60,054 bases of DNA, taken from assembly GCA_038232515.1 (NCBI GenBank), contig JBBSHS010000003.1, forward strand, positions 1 to 60,054, written 5' to 3'. Positions 10,065-20,510 of this stretch are shown one piece after another; the stretch's first letter is position 1; the number at the start of each line of letters is the position of its first letter. Under the pieces are notes generated by a model, which had not been told where the DNA came from, did not search any database, and saw nothing but the letters and a program-made list of their open reading frames with translations. A program made the position numbers and the translations under genes. The DNA comes from Acidimicrobiales bacterium (lineage in GTDB: Bacteria > Actinomycetota > Acidimicrobiia > Acidimicrobiales > JAUJNH01).

Positions 10065-11576
10065 TCAGCAGCTGACAGACGGATCTGTCCCCTTGGGTTG
10101 GACGCCGGCGTTGGGGACGGCTGGGGGCGCAGACGAGGACGTGGTGGCCGGCGACCCGGCGGTGGCCGGGGCGCGGATGCCCTGGTAGTCGGCGCCCAGC
10201 ACCAGCTCGACATCGGCACCCTTGACGGTGCTGTCGGAGACGAGCAGGGCGCCGTTGGGCAGATAGGTCTGCAGCAGCTTGGCCTTGGTCAGTTGGCCAC
10301 GGCCGTAGCGGATCGAGGTGTGCTTGTAGCCGAAGCTGTTGGCGTCGCCCGTGGTGGGCACGTTGAAGCCCAGCCGGCCCAGCTCCATGCGGGCCTGCGT
10401 TCCCTGGTTGTCGATTCCGGTCCCGTTCTGGATGCGCACAGAAACCGTGGCCGGCGAGGCACCGCCGCCCCCGGCCGTCGCCCCCGTCTCCGACCCGGGC
10501 ACGGGGCCGGCGCCAAAGGCGGCCAGCACGGCGTTGGTGTCGGGTTGCTTGATCTTGAGCACCGCCGCGCCGCCGACGGTCACGTCGGTGGTGGGGACTG
10601 TCATGGTGGCGACCTTGTCGGGAGTCAGGGACTTGAACCGTCGGGCCAGTGTCTTCATGTCGTCCACGGTGAGCCCGTTGTCGATGGTGAGGCTCTTCAC
10701 CCCCGCGGCGATGAGGCTGTTGAGCGACACCGGGTTGGTCACCACGCCGGTGCTGATGGCCTTGCGCATGACCCGGCGTATGAAGTCCTGCTGGCGGGCG
10801 ATGCGACCGAAGTCGCTGGTGGGGTCGTCCCGCCACTTGCCGCTCTCGAAATACTGGTAGTGACGGGAGCGCACGTACTGCAGTGCCATGGTCCCGTCGA
10901 GGGTGATGCAGCCGGCATTGGCGACGTTCAGGCCGGTGTTGGCGTCGCGAGCGGGAGCGGCGAAGTAGACGGTCACTCCTCCGATGGCGTTGACGATGGA
11001 GGTGAAGCCGGGGAAGTTGACCTCGGCATAGTGGTTGATCGGGATACCGAAGACGTTGTTGATGGTCTGGATGAGGGTGGTGGCACCTCCCGCACTGTCG
11101 TTGAAAGCGGCGTTGATGCGCTCGCTGGTGTGACAGGCGCCGTCGATGCAGAGGTCCCGGGGGATCGACAGGATGGCCGCCGTCTCCGTCTTGGGGTTGA
11201 CGTGGAGGATCATGATCGTGTCGCTGCGGGCCCCGGCCGTGCCCTTGGGCCCCGCCGTCCCGCCGTAGAGCTTCTGGTCGGCGGCGTCCAGCTCTCGGGT
11301 GTCGGACCCCACCAGCAGCACGTTGAAGGGGTCTCCGGCCTTGGGTTCGGGCGCCAGGACGGAGTTGCCGTTCTTGTCCCTGCCGATCGTGACGGTCTGG
11401 ATCTGGCCGATCCGCCAGCGTAGGTAGCCGTAGCCGACGCCGGTGGACAGCAGGCACACGGCCAGGACGATGTTGAGGCCGACCAGGCACCGCACCGGCC
11501 AGCGCCGCCGCTTCGCAGAGCCGGTGTCGGGCGCGGCGCCGACCGATCCGGGCGGGCGGGCGCTCGTCAGGGTCAT
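10065..11576 (-). CDS. LCP (LytR-CpsA-Psr) family glycopolymer transferase with LytR C-terminal domain
   Basis: N-terminal TM; NVLLVGSD, RSDTIM, SIPRD, RINAA, YVRSR, DFGRIARQQ; C-terminal VRIQNGTG...VELVLGAD. Confidence 0.93.
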   Translation of the reverse strand: MTLTSARPPGSVGAAPDTGSAKRRRWPVRCLVGLNIVLAVCLLSTGVGYGYLRWRIGQIQTVTIGRDKNGNSVLAPEPKAGDPFNVLLVGSDTRELDAADQKLYGGTAGPKGTAGARSDTIMILHVNPKTETAAILSIPRDLCIDGACHTSERINAAFNDSAGGATTLIQTINNVFGIPINHYAEVNFPGFTSIVNAIGGVTVYFAAPARDANTGLNVANAGCITLDGTMALQYVRSRHYQYFESGKWRDDPTSDFGRIARQQDFIRRVMRKAISTGVVTNPVSLNSLIAAGVKSLTIDNGLTVDDMKTLARRFKSLTPDKVATMTVPTTDVTVGGAAVLKIKQPDTNAVLAAFGAGPVPGSETGATAGGGGASPATVSVRIQNGTGIDNQGTQARMELGRLGFNVPTTGDANSFGYKHTSIRYGRGQLTKAKLLQTYLPNGALLVSDSTVKGADVELVLGADYQGIRAPATAGSPATTSSSAPPAVPNAGVQPKGTDPSVSC

Positions 11577-11713
11577 ACCGGCGGCCCGAGCCCACGGGCC
11601 AGGTCGGGCATGGCCGCCTGCTCGTCGATCGGGTGCCCGGACATCCGCGCAATGCTAGGTGCGGGCCTTTGACGCAACGGTGCGCGACCCGTGCCGCCAC
11701 GGTGGGGCGGCCA

Positions 11714-11764
11714 CAGCCGCTCAGCCGCCCAGCCGCTCAGCCCGCCCAGCCGCTCAGCCGCCCA
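11714..11764. repeat. 8-bp tandem repeat (CAGCCGCT/CAGCCGCC) x6
   Basis: Alternating units overlapping the birA stop codon. Confidence 0.8.
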
Positions 11765-12482
11765 CCGGCCGCAGGTGCACGACGTCGCCGGCGTCGACGG
11801 CCTGGCCGTCCACCACGAGATGGCCGTCGTCATCCACCTCCGTGGCCGTGCCCTCGATGCACCGGGCACCGAGGTCGACCCGGACGGACCGGCCCAACGT
11901 CGAGCACAGGCTGCGGTAGCGGTCCAGCAGGTCGGGGGCATCGCACCAGCGGTCGAGACCGACCAGAAGGGCTTCGAGGACGGCCCGCCGCTCGGGTGGC
12001 GGCTGCACGTGGTGGCTGAGGGCCGCCACCAACGGGCCGAGGTCCGGACCAAGGAGGTCCAGTGGGGGCCAGTCGACGTTGAGGCCGAGCCCGACAACCA
12101 CGGCCCCTCCCTCGGTTCGGGCGGCGATGCCGGCCAGCTTGCGGGCCCCGAGCAGGAGGTCATTGGGCCACTTCAACGACGGGCGCACGGCCCCGCTGGT
12201 GGTCGCCTCCACGGCCTCCACGGCGGCCACGGCCATGGCCAACGTGCTCAACTGAGGCGCTGCCGTTGGCCGCAGCAGCACGCTGCACAACAACGACGAA
12301 CCCGGGGGGGCCTCCCACGCCCGGCCGAGCCGCCCTCGACCGGCGGTCTGGTGGTCGGCCACCAGCACGAGCCCGGCGGGCTCACCGTCACGGGCCAGGA
12401 GCAGGGCGTCGTCGTTGGTCGAACCGGTCTGGGCCACCCAGTGCACCTGCCACCTCGGCCCGGTGGCGCCGCCACCACGCAC
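11754..12482 (-). CDS. birA: Biotin--[acetyl-CoA-carboxylase] ligase (no N-terminal HTH)
   Basis: [28 protein letters not shown]. Start inferred at GTG 12482 to avoid overlap with the divergent gene. Confidence 0.9.
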   Translation of the reverse strand: MRGGGATGPRWQVHWVAQTGSTNDDALLLARDGEPAGLVLVADHQTAGRGRLGRAWEAPPGSSLLCSVLLRPTAAPQLSTLAMAVAAVEAVEATTSGAVRPSLKWPNDLLLGARKLAGIAARTEGGAVVVGLGLNVDWPPLDLLGPDLGPLVAALSHHVQPPPERRAVLEALLVGLDRWCDAPDLLDRYRSLCSTLGRSVRVDLGARCIEGTATEVDDDGHLVVDGQAVDAGDVVHLRPVGG

Positions 12483-12503
12483 CCGACCAACATAACCAGC
12501 ACC

Positions 12504-14300
12504 ATGTTGTCCAAGGTTCTCATCGCCAACCGCGGTGAGATTGCGGTCCGCGTCATTCGTACCTGCCGTGAGCTCGGGATCGCCACGGTCGCCGTCTACT
12601 CCGATCTCGACCGTGACGCCCTTCACGTCCGTCTGGCCGACGAGGCCTACGCCCTGGGCGGCCAGGCCGCCTCGGAGAGCTATCTGAACACCGAGAAGAT
12701 CCTCGAGGCCGTGAGGAGCTCAGGGGCCGACGCCGTGCACCCGGGCTACGGCTTCTTCTCCGAGGACACCAGCTTCTCGCGGGCGGTGACGGCGGTCGGC
12801 GCCGTCTTCGTCGGGCCGCCGCCCGAGGCCATCGAGGTCATGGGCAACAAGGTCAGCTCACGCATCGCCGCCCATAGAGCGGGCGTAGCCGGGGTGCCGG
12901 GCACCACCCAGTTCCTCGTCTCGGCGGCCGAGGTCGTGGCTTTCGGGGCCGAGCACGGCTGGCCGGTCGCCGTCAAAGCCGCCTTCGGCGGTGGCGGCCG
13001 GGGCATGCGGGTGGTCGAGAGTCCCGAGGCCGCGGCCGCCGCCCTCGAATCGGCCCAGTCCGAGGCGCTGGCGGGGTTCGGCCGCAGCGAGTGCTACGTC
13101 GAGCGGTACCTCACCTGGCCCCGGCACATCGAGATGCAGATCTTCGCCGACACCCACGGCCATTGCGTGTGGATCGGCGAACGGGACTGCTCGGCTCAGC
13201 GCCGCCACCAGAAGCTGATCGAGGAGAGCCCGGCTGCTCAATTCCCTGACTCGATGCGCCAGGCCATGGGTGCGGCCGCGGTGAAGGTGGCCCGGGCGTG
13301 TGGTTACGTCAACGCCGGGACTGTCGAGTTCCTTTTCCAGGACGGCGACTTCTACTTCCTGGAGATGAACACCCGGCTCCAGGTCGAGCACCCCGTCACC
13401 GAACTGGTCACGGGCCTCGATCTGGTCGAGCTGCAGCTGCGGGTGGCCGCCGGCGAGGAGCTCGGCATCACCCAGGACGAGCTGGTGGACAGGCGGCGGG
13501 GCCACGCCATCGAGGTGCGCATCAACGCCGAGGACCCAGCCGGGGGCAGGTTCGTGCCCTCGCCCGGGACCATCACGCGCTTCCGCCGCCCCGACGGCCC
13601 CGGCGTGCGGGTGGACGCCGGCTACGACGAGGGCGACACCGTCAGCCAGTTCTACGACAACCTGGTGGCCAAGCTGATCTGCTGGGCCCCCGACCGCCAG
13701 CGGGCCATCGCCCGCACCCAGCGGGCGCTCAGGGAGACCGAAATAGAGGGCGTCAGGACGACCATCCCGGCGGACATCGCCATCCTGGCGCACCCGGACT
13801 TCGTCGCCGGCCGCCACTCGACGAGATGGGTGGAGGAGCGCGTGGACCTCTCGTCCATGGCGTCGGCGTCGGCGCCGACGGCGCCGACCACGGCGGCTCC
13901 CGCTGCCGGGCAGGAGGGCGAGGGCAAGGTCCAGCGTGACGTCGACGTGGAGGTCGACGGCCGTCGCTTCAAGGTGCGCCTGTGGGTGCCCGATGTGACC
14001 CCGGCGGTCGTCGCAGGCGCCCCCGGAGCGGGAGGGGCCCGACGGCCCCGGCGGCCGGTCGGCGGCTCGCACGAGGGCACGGCGGCCACCGGCAGCATCA
14101 CGGTGCCGATGCAGGGGACCATCGTGCGGATCAGCGTGGCCGTGGGCGACACGGTCCAGGCCGGTCAGACAGTGTGCGTGCTCGAGGCCATGAAGATGGA
14201 GAACGACATCACGGCGGGCACGGCCGGTACGGTCACCGAGGTCAGGGTCGAGCCCGGTTCCACCGTCGGCGCCGGCGACGTCGTCGTCGTGATCGGGTAA
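12504..14300 (+). CDS. bccA: Acetyl/propionyl-CoA carboxylase alpha subunit (biotin carboxylase + BCCP)
   Basis: [14 protein letters not shown] (ATG 12504), [28 protein letters not shown] biotinylation site. Confidence 0.95.
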   Translation: MLSKVLIANRGEIAVRVIRTCRELGIATVAVYSDLDRDALHVRLADEAYALGGQAASESYLNTEKILEAVRSSGADAVHPGYGFFSEDTSFSRAVTAVGAVFVGPPPEAIEVMGNKVSSRIAAHRAGVAGVPGTTQFLVSAAEVVAFGAEHGWPVAVKAAFGGGGRGMRVVESPEAAAAALESAQSEALAGFGRSECYVERYLTWPRHIEMQIFADTHGHCVWIGERDCSAQRRHQKLIEESPAAQFPDSMRQAMGAAAVKVARACGYVNAGTVEFLFQDGDFYFLEMNTRLQVEHPVTELVTGLDLVELQLRVAAGEELGITQDELVDRRRGHAIEVRINAEDPAGGRFVPSPGTITRFRRPDGPGVRVDAGYDEGDTVSQFYDNLVAKLICWAPDRQRAIARTQRALRETEIEGVRTTIPADIAILAHPDFVAGRHSTRWVEERVDLSSMASASAPTAPTTAAPAAGQEGEGKVQRDVDVEVDGRRFKVRLWVPDVTPAVVAGAPGAGGARRPRRPVGGSHEGTAATGSITVPMQGTIVRISVAVGDTVQAGQTVCVLEAMKMENDITAGTAGTVTEVRVEPGSTVGAGDVVVVIG

Positions 14301-14337
14301 TGCCTGGCTCGACGTCAGCGGCGGCCATCATCGAGAG

Positions 14338-14360
14338 ATGGCAAAGAGCGTTCCTGCCAT
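14338..14360. promoter_or_regulatory. Putative operator ATGGCA-N11-TGCCAT upstream of the ABC operon
   Basis: Perfect 6-bp inverted repeat ~80 bp before the SBP start; regulator unknown. Confidence 0.35.
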
Positions 14361-14437
14361 TTGAACCTCGGCAGGCACCGCCGCGTCGGGTGTAGTAGAA
14401 ATCGACCCGTTCTCGTGTCGAAGTCGGGGGGCAGCAA

Positions 14438-16024
14438 ATGCGCAGCAAAGCGTTGGCCATTGCGGTCACGGCGACAATGGCCCTCGTGGGCTGCAGTTCG
14501 TCGTCGACGTCGAGCGGCACGGCCGGGACAACCGCCTCGGGCAAGTCCAATCCCGACGCAGTGGTGAAGGTGGCGGCCGGCGAGGACCAATGGCCGGTTC
14601 AGGGCACCGGTGCGAAGTCGACCACCTTCGCCTACCCCCTGAATGTCAACGTCTATGACCCCCTGGTCATCCTGGGCTCGGACTTCAGCTTGCAGCCCGG
14701 CCTGGCGACGAGCTGGGACTTCATGGCCCCGAGCACGTGGCGCTTCCACCTCCGCCAAGGCGTGACATTCCATGACGGCCATCCGTTCACAGCCGACGAC
14801 GTCGTGTGGACCTGGGGCGTGCGCCAGGTGAAGGGACAGACGCTATCCACGGTCAGCAGCGGGCTGACGCCCGACTCGGTCAAGAAGATCGACGATTTCA
14901 CGGTCGACTTCACGACGACCACCCCCAACCTCCGCCTTCCTGAGCAGATCGTCCACCCCGAAGGGGCCATCGTCGAGAATGGCAAGGATTTCGACTCGAG
15001 CCCGCCGGCGGGGACGGGGCCGTTCAGGGTCGTCAGCTATCAGCCGGGCCGGAGTGTGGACCTCGTACGCAACGATGCCTACTGGGGTAAGAAGGCGAAG
15101 GTTAAGGAGATGGTGTACCAGTTCCTTCCCGATCCGCAGACCAGGGTCGAGGCGCTCAAGGCCGGCACGGTGGATTTCGTGACCGACCTCCCGCCTGCTG
15201 ACGCCACCAGCTTGGGCAAGGACTCGCAGTTCCGTGTCGTGAAGTCCAAGCCCGGCCGAAACCAGCTCATCTACGTCAACAAACAGGGCACGGCGCCGTT
15301 CGATCTGGGAGCCGACCCGGCGGTGCGTCAGGCCGTCTCATTGGCCATCGACCGCAAGACCTACGTCGACGCCGCCCTCGAAGGCAACGCCGATCCCGGC
15401 CGCTGGATGGCCCCCCAGGCCGTCCTGGGCACGTCTGCGGGGGAGGTTTCGCTGGTCCCCTTTGAGACGGCCAAGGCGAAGTCGGTGCTCACCGCCGAGG
15501 GCTGGACCCCCGGCAGCGATGGCATATTCGTCAAGAACGGTCGACGACTGGAGTTGACCATCATCGGCTGGGCCGAGGTCACCGACGCCGGCTTCCAGGT
15601 GATCCAGTCCGACCTGAAGGACGCCGGCATCGCCTTGACCATCAAGAAGGCCGCCGACACCCCCACCTACAACAACTACTACGCCGGAAGTCAATGGGAC
15701 CTGGACCTCGAGGTGCCGAATCAGAACGACGGCAACCCTGCGTTCCTGCCGGTGTTGCGGATGTATTCCAAGAACAAGGGCACCCAGCGGTTCGCACCTG
15801 GAGGTGCATTCGACTCCCTCGCCGAGCAGGCCGGTTCGGCTCAGACCCGGCCTGAGGTCCAGAAGGCGTCGGCCGACATGATGAAAGAGCTCATCGACAC
15901 CGACTACATCGTGATCCCGCTGGCGGGCATCTACCGGTTGTACGGGATGAAGAGTGGCGTCAACCTCGGTGATCCGCATCCCTCCCAGACCAACCAACTC
16001 TGGCTCAGCCTGACCAAGACCTGA
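14438..16024 (+). CDS. ABC transporter substrate-binding lipoprotein, family 5 (peptide/nickel)
   Basis: LVGC lipobox, PGLATSW, LRQGVTFHDG.PFTADDV, GTGPF. Confidence 0.93.
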   Translation: MRSKALAIAVTATMALVGCSSSSTSSGTAGTTASGKSNPDAVVKVAAGEDQWPVQGTGAKSTTFAYPLNVNVYDPLVILGSDFSLQPGLATSWDFMAPSTWRFHLRQGVTFHDGHPFTADDVVWTWGVRQVKGQTLSTVSSGLTPDSVKKIDDFTVDFTTTTPNLRLPEQIVHPEGAIVENGKDFDSSPPAGTGPFRVVSYQPGRSVDLVRNDAYWGKKAKVKEMVYQFLPDPQTRVEALKAGTVDFVTDLPPADATSLGKDSQFRVVKSKPGRNQLIYVNKQGTAPFDLGADPAVRQAVSLAIDRKTYVDAALEGNADPGRWMAPQAVLGTSAGEVSLVPFETAKAKSVLTAEGWTPGSDGIFVKNGRRLELTIIGWAEVTDAGFQVIQSDLKDAGIALTIKKAADTPTYNNYYAGSQWDLDLEVPNQNDGNPAFLPVLRMYSKNKGTQRFAPGGAFDSLAEQAGSAQTRPEVQKASADMMKELIDTDYIVIPLAGIYRLYGMKSGVNLGDPHPSQTNQLWLSLTKT

Positions 16025-16028
16025 GGAG

Positions 16029-16973
16029 ATGCGGGGCGTTCTCGCACGGCGCCTCCTGTTGGCCGTGCCCACCCTCTTGGCTCTGTCATTTCTCATCTTC
16101 GCCCTGATCTCGCTGGCCCCTGGCGATCCGGCCACCGAGTACGCCCGGCGGACATCGCCGGGCGGAGAGGTCACGCCCGCCCAGGTGGACCTGGCCCAGC
16201 GGCAACTCGGACTCAACCGGTCCTTCGTGGTGCAATACGGGAGCTGGCTCGGCGGCGCTGTGCAAGGCCGTCTCGGCCGGTCATTCTCCCGCCAGACGCC
16301 GGTCGCCCGAGAAATCCGGGAGCGCTTGGGGGCCACCGCCGAGCTGGCCGCGGTTGCTCTCATCCTCACCGTGATCTTCGCCGTTCCACTCGGTGTGGTC
16401 GCCGCCATGTTCCATCGCCGGCTCGGTGACCACGTGCTCCGGGTCTTTTCTCTGGTGGGCGCGTCGACCCCGGGGTTCTTCCTGGCCTATGTCCTGATCA
16501 TCATCTTCGCCGTCCGCCTCAAGGTGCTGCCGGTTGCCGGCAAGCAGGGCGTCGACAGCGTGGTCCTCCCGGCGGTCACCCTGGCCGTCGGGCCGACAGC
16601 CGTCGTGGCCCGCCTGCTGCGGTCGGCGATGCTCGAGGTGTTGAGCGAGAGCTACATCGTGACGGCTTACGGCAAGGGCCTCGGGCGACTGCGCGTGGTC
16701 GTCGTCCATGGGCTGCGCAATGCGCTCATCCCCGTCGCCACCGTCTTCGGCTCGATCATCGGCGCCCTGCTGGAAGGCTCCATCATTGCCGAGGTCGTGT
16801 TCGCCTGGCCGGGTCTCGGCCGCCTCGTCTATGAGGGGATCTCCGAGCGCGATTACCCGCTGGTCGAAGGCCTGGTCGTGTTCGCCGGCCTGGCGTACGT
16901 GATCGTCAATGTGCTCGTGGACTTGTCCTACACATTCCTCGATCGCCGCATCTCCGCCGGGGCGTCGCTGTGA
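16029..16973 (+). CDS. ABC transporter permease (DppB/NikB-like)
   Basis: PGDP, QYGSWL, YIVTAYGKGL EAA-loop, EVVFAWPGLG, RDYP. Confidence 0.93.
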   Translation: MRGVLARRLLLAVPTLLALSFLIFALISLAPGDPATEYARRTSPGGEVTPAQVDLAQRQLGLNRSFVVQYGSWLGGAVQGRLGRSFSRQTPVAREIRERLGATAELAAVALILTVIFAVPLGVVAAMFHRRLGDHVLRVFSLVGASTPGFFLAYVLIIIFAVRLKVLPVAGKQGVDSVVLPAVTLAVGPTAVVARLLRSAMLEVLSESYIVTAYGKGLGRLRVVVVHGLRNALIPVATVFGSIIGALLEGSIIAEVVFAWPGLGRLVYEGISERDYPLVEGLVVFAGLAYVIVNVLVDLSYTFLDRRISAGASL

Positions 16974-17974
16974 CCATCGCCAGTGAGGCTGCCCTCGAGC
17001 TGAGCGGCGCTGGCCCCGTGCTGTTGTCGGGCCGACGCCGGGGCCTTCGGCGCCTCCTTCGGGACAAGTCGGCGATCGCGGGGATGTTGGGGCTGATGGC
17101 AGTGACGGCGCTGGCGGTCTTTGCCCAACAACTGGCCCCATATGATCCGACCAAGGTCGCCTACGGCAACCGATTCGCCCGTTCCAGCGCCGCTCACTGG
17201 CTGGGCACCGACAACCTCGGCCGGGACGAGCTCTCCCGGCTGATGTACGGCGCTCGACTTTCCTTGGGAATGGCGGTATCGGCCACTTTCGGCATCACCG
17301 TGCTGGGCGTGGTGCTCGGGCTGGCGGCGGGTACCTCCGGGCGGGTGGTGGAAACGACCATCATGCGGGTCGTTGACGTCCTGCTGGCGCTGCCGACACT
17401 GGTCATCGCCCTCGTGGTGGTGGGAATACTGGGCCAGGGGCTCGGAAACGTGGTAATCGCCCTGGTGCTGGTGGGGTGGCCGAACTACGCGCGGCTGGTG
17501 AGGAGCATGGCCGTCAGCATCCGCCAGCGGGAGTTTGTCGAAGCGGCCCGCAGCCTCGGCGCCACACGCCGTCGCATCGCCGTGCGCGAGATCGCGCCCA
17601 ACGCGTTGGGCACCGTGGTCGTGCTCAGCACGCTTGACATGGGCCGGATCTTGTTGGCCGTCTCCGGTCTCTCCTTTCTCGGGTTCGGCGTCACCGCACC
17701 CACACCCGAATGGGGCGCCATGATCGCCGAAGCCCGGACCTACCTCGACCGGGCCCCGCAGCTGCTCATCTACCCGGGACTGGCCATCACGCTGGTCGTG
17801 CTGGGCTTCAACCTGGCGGGTGACGGCCTTCGAGATTGTCTCGATCCTCGCATGTCAAGCGTGAACCAGTTCCGGGGTGTACGAGCCGGAGGACGACGCC
17901 TGCTCGCCCGACCGTCCCGGCGTCGAGAGGAAGACAAGCAGGGGCGAGAGGCGCCGGGCCGGGAGATTCGGTGA
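16970..17974 (+). CDS. ABC transporter permease (DppC/NikC-like)
   Basis: [39 protein letters not shown]. Confidence 0.93.
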   Translation: MTIASEAALELSGAGPVLLSGRRRGLRRLLRDKSAIAGMLGLMAVTALAVFAQQLAPYDPTKVAYGNRFARSSAAHWLGTDNLGRDELSRLMYGARLSLGMAVSATFGITVLGVVLGLAAGTSGRVVETTIMRVVDVLLALPTLVIALVVVGILGQGLGNVVIALVLVGWPNYARLVRSMAVSIRQREFVEAARSLGATRRRIAVREIAPNALGTVVVLSTLDMGRILLAVSGLSFLGFGVTAPTPEWGAMIAEARTYLDRAPQLLIYPGLAITLVVLGFNLAGDGLRDCLDPRMSSVNQFRGVRAGGRRLLARPSRRREEDKQGREAPGREIR

Positions 17975-20214
17975 CCGGGCTCGAGCGACCGGTCCGGACG
18001 AACCTCCTGGCCGCCACGAGCTCGGCCTCGGCTCCTCGGACTCTGCTGTCGGTCGAAGACCTGCGGGTCCACTTCGACACGGACGCAGGGGTGGTCAGAG
18101 CGGTCGACGGCGTCACCTGGTCCGTCCAACAGGGCGAAACCCTCGGGATCGTCGGTGAGTCGGGGTCGGGCAAGTCGGTGTCGGCGCTGGCGATCATGGG
18201 TCTCCTGCCTACGCCGCCGGCCCGGTTCCCGAGCGGACGGATCGTGTTCGGCGGTCGGAACCTCTTGGAGCTGGACGACGCCTCGATGCGAAGGATCAAG
18301 GGCAACGAAATCGCCATGGTCTACCAGGACCCGCTGACGTCGATGAACCCCATGATCCAGGTCGGTCACCAGATCGCCGAGGTCATCCGCGCCCACCAGA
18401 GAGTGGGCCGCGGCGCCGCCGACCGGTGGGCTGTGGAGCTGCTGGCTGAGGTTGGGATCCCCAATGCGAAGCGGCGGGCCGGGGAGTACCCCCATCAGTT
18501 CTCAGGAGGCATGCGCCAGCGAGCCATGATCGCCATGGCCTTGGCGCTGGACCCCGTGTTGCTGTTGGCCGACGAGCCGACCACCGCTCTGGATGTCACC
18601 GTCCAAGCTCAGATCATGGATCTGTTGGCGAAGCTCCAGCAGGATCGGGGGACGGCCATCGTGCTGATCACCCACGACCTGGGCCTGGTGGCGGGCCACG
18701 CCCACCGGGTGATGGTCATGTACGCGGGCCGGGAGGCTGAAGTCGGTACGGCCGCGGAGATCTTCTACGCGCCAAGTCACGCGTACACCTACGGCCTCCT
18801 GTCCAGCCTGACCCGCCTCGACCGGCGCCGTGTCAACGCTCTCAATCCAATCCCTGGCCAGCCCCCGAGTCTCATCCGGGTCCCGCCCGGCTGCCCGTTC
18901 CATCCCCGGTGCGCTTTCGCCACTGACGTCTGCCGGGCCGAAGAGCCCCCTTTCGTGGCCCACGGGGCGTCGGGGCATCTGTCGGCTTGCCACCACAGCG
19001 AAGCTGTTGCCGCCAAAGCCGCCGAGGCGCCGGTGGCCACCGGCGAACCGTTCGGAGCCCGGCCCAGGGCTGGTGAAGGGGCAAGGAGCGCGGGGGCAGA
19101 GAAAGATGCCGCCTCCGGGCCCGGCCGCGCTCCCCTGCTCGAGGTCGCCGACCTGATCAAGTGGTTCCCGCAGACCTCCGGGGCGGTGTTCAAGCGCCGA
19201 ATCGGCGACGTGCGGGCCGTCGACGGGGTGTCGTTCTCGGTTCGTGAGGGCGAGACGCTTGCCGTCGTTGGTGAGTCAGGGTGCGGCAAGTCCACCATGG
19301 CCCGCACCATCTTGCGCCTGCTGGAACCGACCTCCGGCACGATCAGTTTTGAGGGTCGCGACATCACGATGGTCGGGCCCGACGAGCTCCGCGGCCTGCG
19401 GCGACAGATGCAGATCGTGTTCCAGGACCCCTACGCCAGCCTCAACCCCCGGATGACGGTTCGAACCATCCTCAGCCAGCCCTATCGGATACACAAGGTC
19501 GACCAAGACGACATCAACGCGCTGCTCGAGCGGGTCGGCCTGTCCCCCGAACATGGGGACCGCTACCCCCATGAGTTCTCGGGCGGGCAGCGCCAGCGGG
19601 TCGGTATCGCCCGCGCCATCGCACTCGGCCCCAAGCTTGTGGTGTGCGACGAGCCGGTGTCATCCCTTGACGTATCGGTCCAGGCGCAGGTGCTCAACCT
19701 GCTCGAGAGGCTGCAGGACCAGCTGGGCCTGACCTATCTCTTCATCGCCCACGATCTCGGCGTCGTCCGCCACATCGCCGACCGGGTGGCGGTGATGTAC
19801 CTGGGCGCGATCGTGGAGCTGGCCACCCGAGACGACCTGTTCGACCGACCAGCCCATCCCTATACCCAGGCGCTCATCTCCTCGGTGCCCATCCCCGATC
19901 CCCGGGCCGAACAGGACCGTCGTCGCATCCCGCTCACGGGGGATGTGCCGAGCCCGGCCAACCCTCCGAGCGGCTGCCGGTTCCGGACCCGCTGTCCGAA
20001 GGCAGCCCATGACCTCAGCGAGGCCGAACGGCGGCGCTGCCATGATGAGCGGCCCGAGCTCGTCGACCGGGGCCATGGCCATCCCGTCGCCTGCCACTAC
20101 GCCGAGGTCGAGTCCCCGACTACAGGGCCATGCCGGGATCAGATGCTCACCCACCGGCGGCTCGGCGACCCGCCTGCCGGGCAGCAGGACACGGTCGATC
20201 CCCGTCAGCAATAG
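17971..20214 (+). CDS. Fused double ABC ATP-binding protein (DppD+DppF-like)
   Basis: Two Walker A motifs ([16 protein letters not shown]), two FSGG signatures and two Cys-rich C-terminal extensions. Start inferred at GTG 17971, overlapping the permease stop. Confidence 0.93.
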   Translation: MTGLERPVRTNLLAATSSASAPRTLLSVEDLRVHFDTDAGVVRAVDGVTWSVQQGETLGIVGESGSGKSVSALAIMGLLPTPPARFPSGRIVFGGRNLLELDDASMRRIKGNEIAMVYQDPLTSMNPMIQVGHQIAEVIRAHQRVGRGAADRWAVELLAEVGIPNAKRRAGEYPHQFSGGMRQRAMIAMALALDPVLLLADEPTTALDVTVQAQIMDLLAKLQQDRGTAIVLITHDLGLVAGHAHRVMVMYAGREAEVGTAAEIFYAPSHAYTYGLLSSLTRLDRRRVNALNPIPGQPPSLIRVPPGCPFHPRCAFATDVCRAEEPPFVAHGASGHLSACHHSEAVAAKAAEAPVATGEPFGARPRAGEGARSAGAEKDAASGPGRAPLLEVADLIKWFPQTSGAVFKRRIGDVRAVDGVSFSVREGETLAVVGESGCGKSTMARTILRLLEPTSGTISFEGRDITMVGPDELRGLRRQMQIVFQDPYASLNPRMTVRTILSQPYRIHKVDQDDINALLERVGLSPEHGDRYPHEFSGGQRQRVGIARAIALGPKLVVCDEPVSSLDVSVQAQVLNLLERLQDQLGLTYLFIAHDLGVVRHIADRVAVMYLGAIVELATRDDLFDRPAHPYTQALISSVPIPDPRAEQDRRRIPLTGDVPSPANPPSGCRFRTRCPKAAHDLSEAERRRCHDERPELVDRGHGHPVACHYAEVESPTTGPCRDQMLTHRRLGDPPAGQQDTVDPRQQ

Positions 20215-20501
20215 CGGGCACTATTCTCGCTCTGTACGCACTGTGGCAGGTGGTCCTGGGCCTCGACGTCTTCCGGGCCCACCCGGTCGCCACGGTCTTT
20301 GTGGTCGTCGCCACCGGCAACCATTTCTGGCTCGACGCCGTGGCCGGAGCCATCCTCGTGGCTGTCGGCGCGGCGGCCGCCACCGTCCTCGTCGGCGGTA
20401 CCCGCACGGCGGCCCTGTGGCGACGCCCTCGGGCGCTGCTGCCAGCCGGCGCCATCGGCGATTTCTCCGGGCGCAGCTCTGGGCCTGGTCCCGGGGCGTA
20501 G
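20211..20501 (+). pseudogene. Remnant of a PAP2/IPC-synthase-like membrane phosphatase
   Basis: Frame reads LYALWQ...HPVATVFVVVATGNHFWLDAVAG; the TGNHxWLD motif is typical of PAP2 C-termini. Most of the protein and a credible start are missing. Confidence 0.55.
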
Positions 20502-20510
20502 CGTCCAGCC

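Noticed and set aside
11691-12503. Long N-terminal extensions in the ORF track (also 21793..23868, 8679..10001, 44788..46512, 47203..48717, 50812..53775)
   Set aside because: They overlap neighbouring genes or repeats, and family motifs begin at downstream starts. These are high-GC open-frame artefacts, not fusions.
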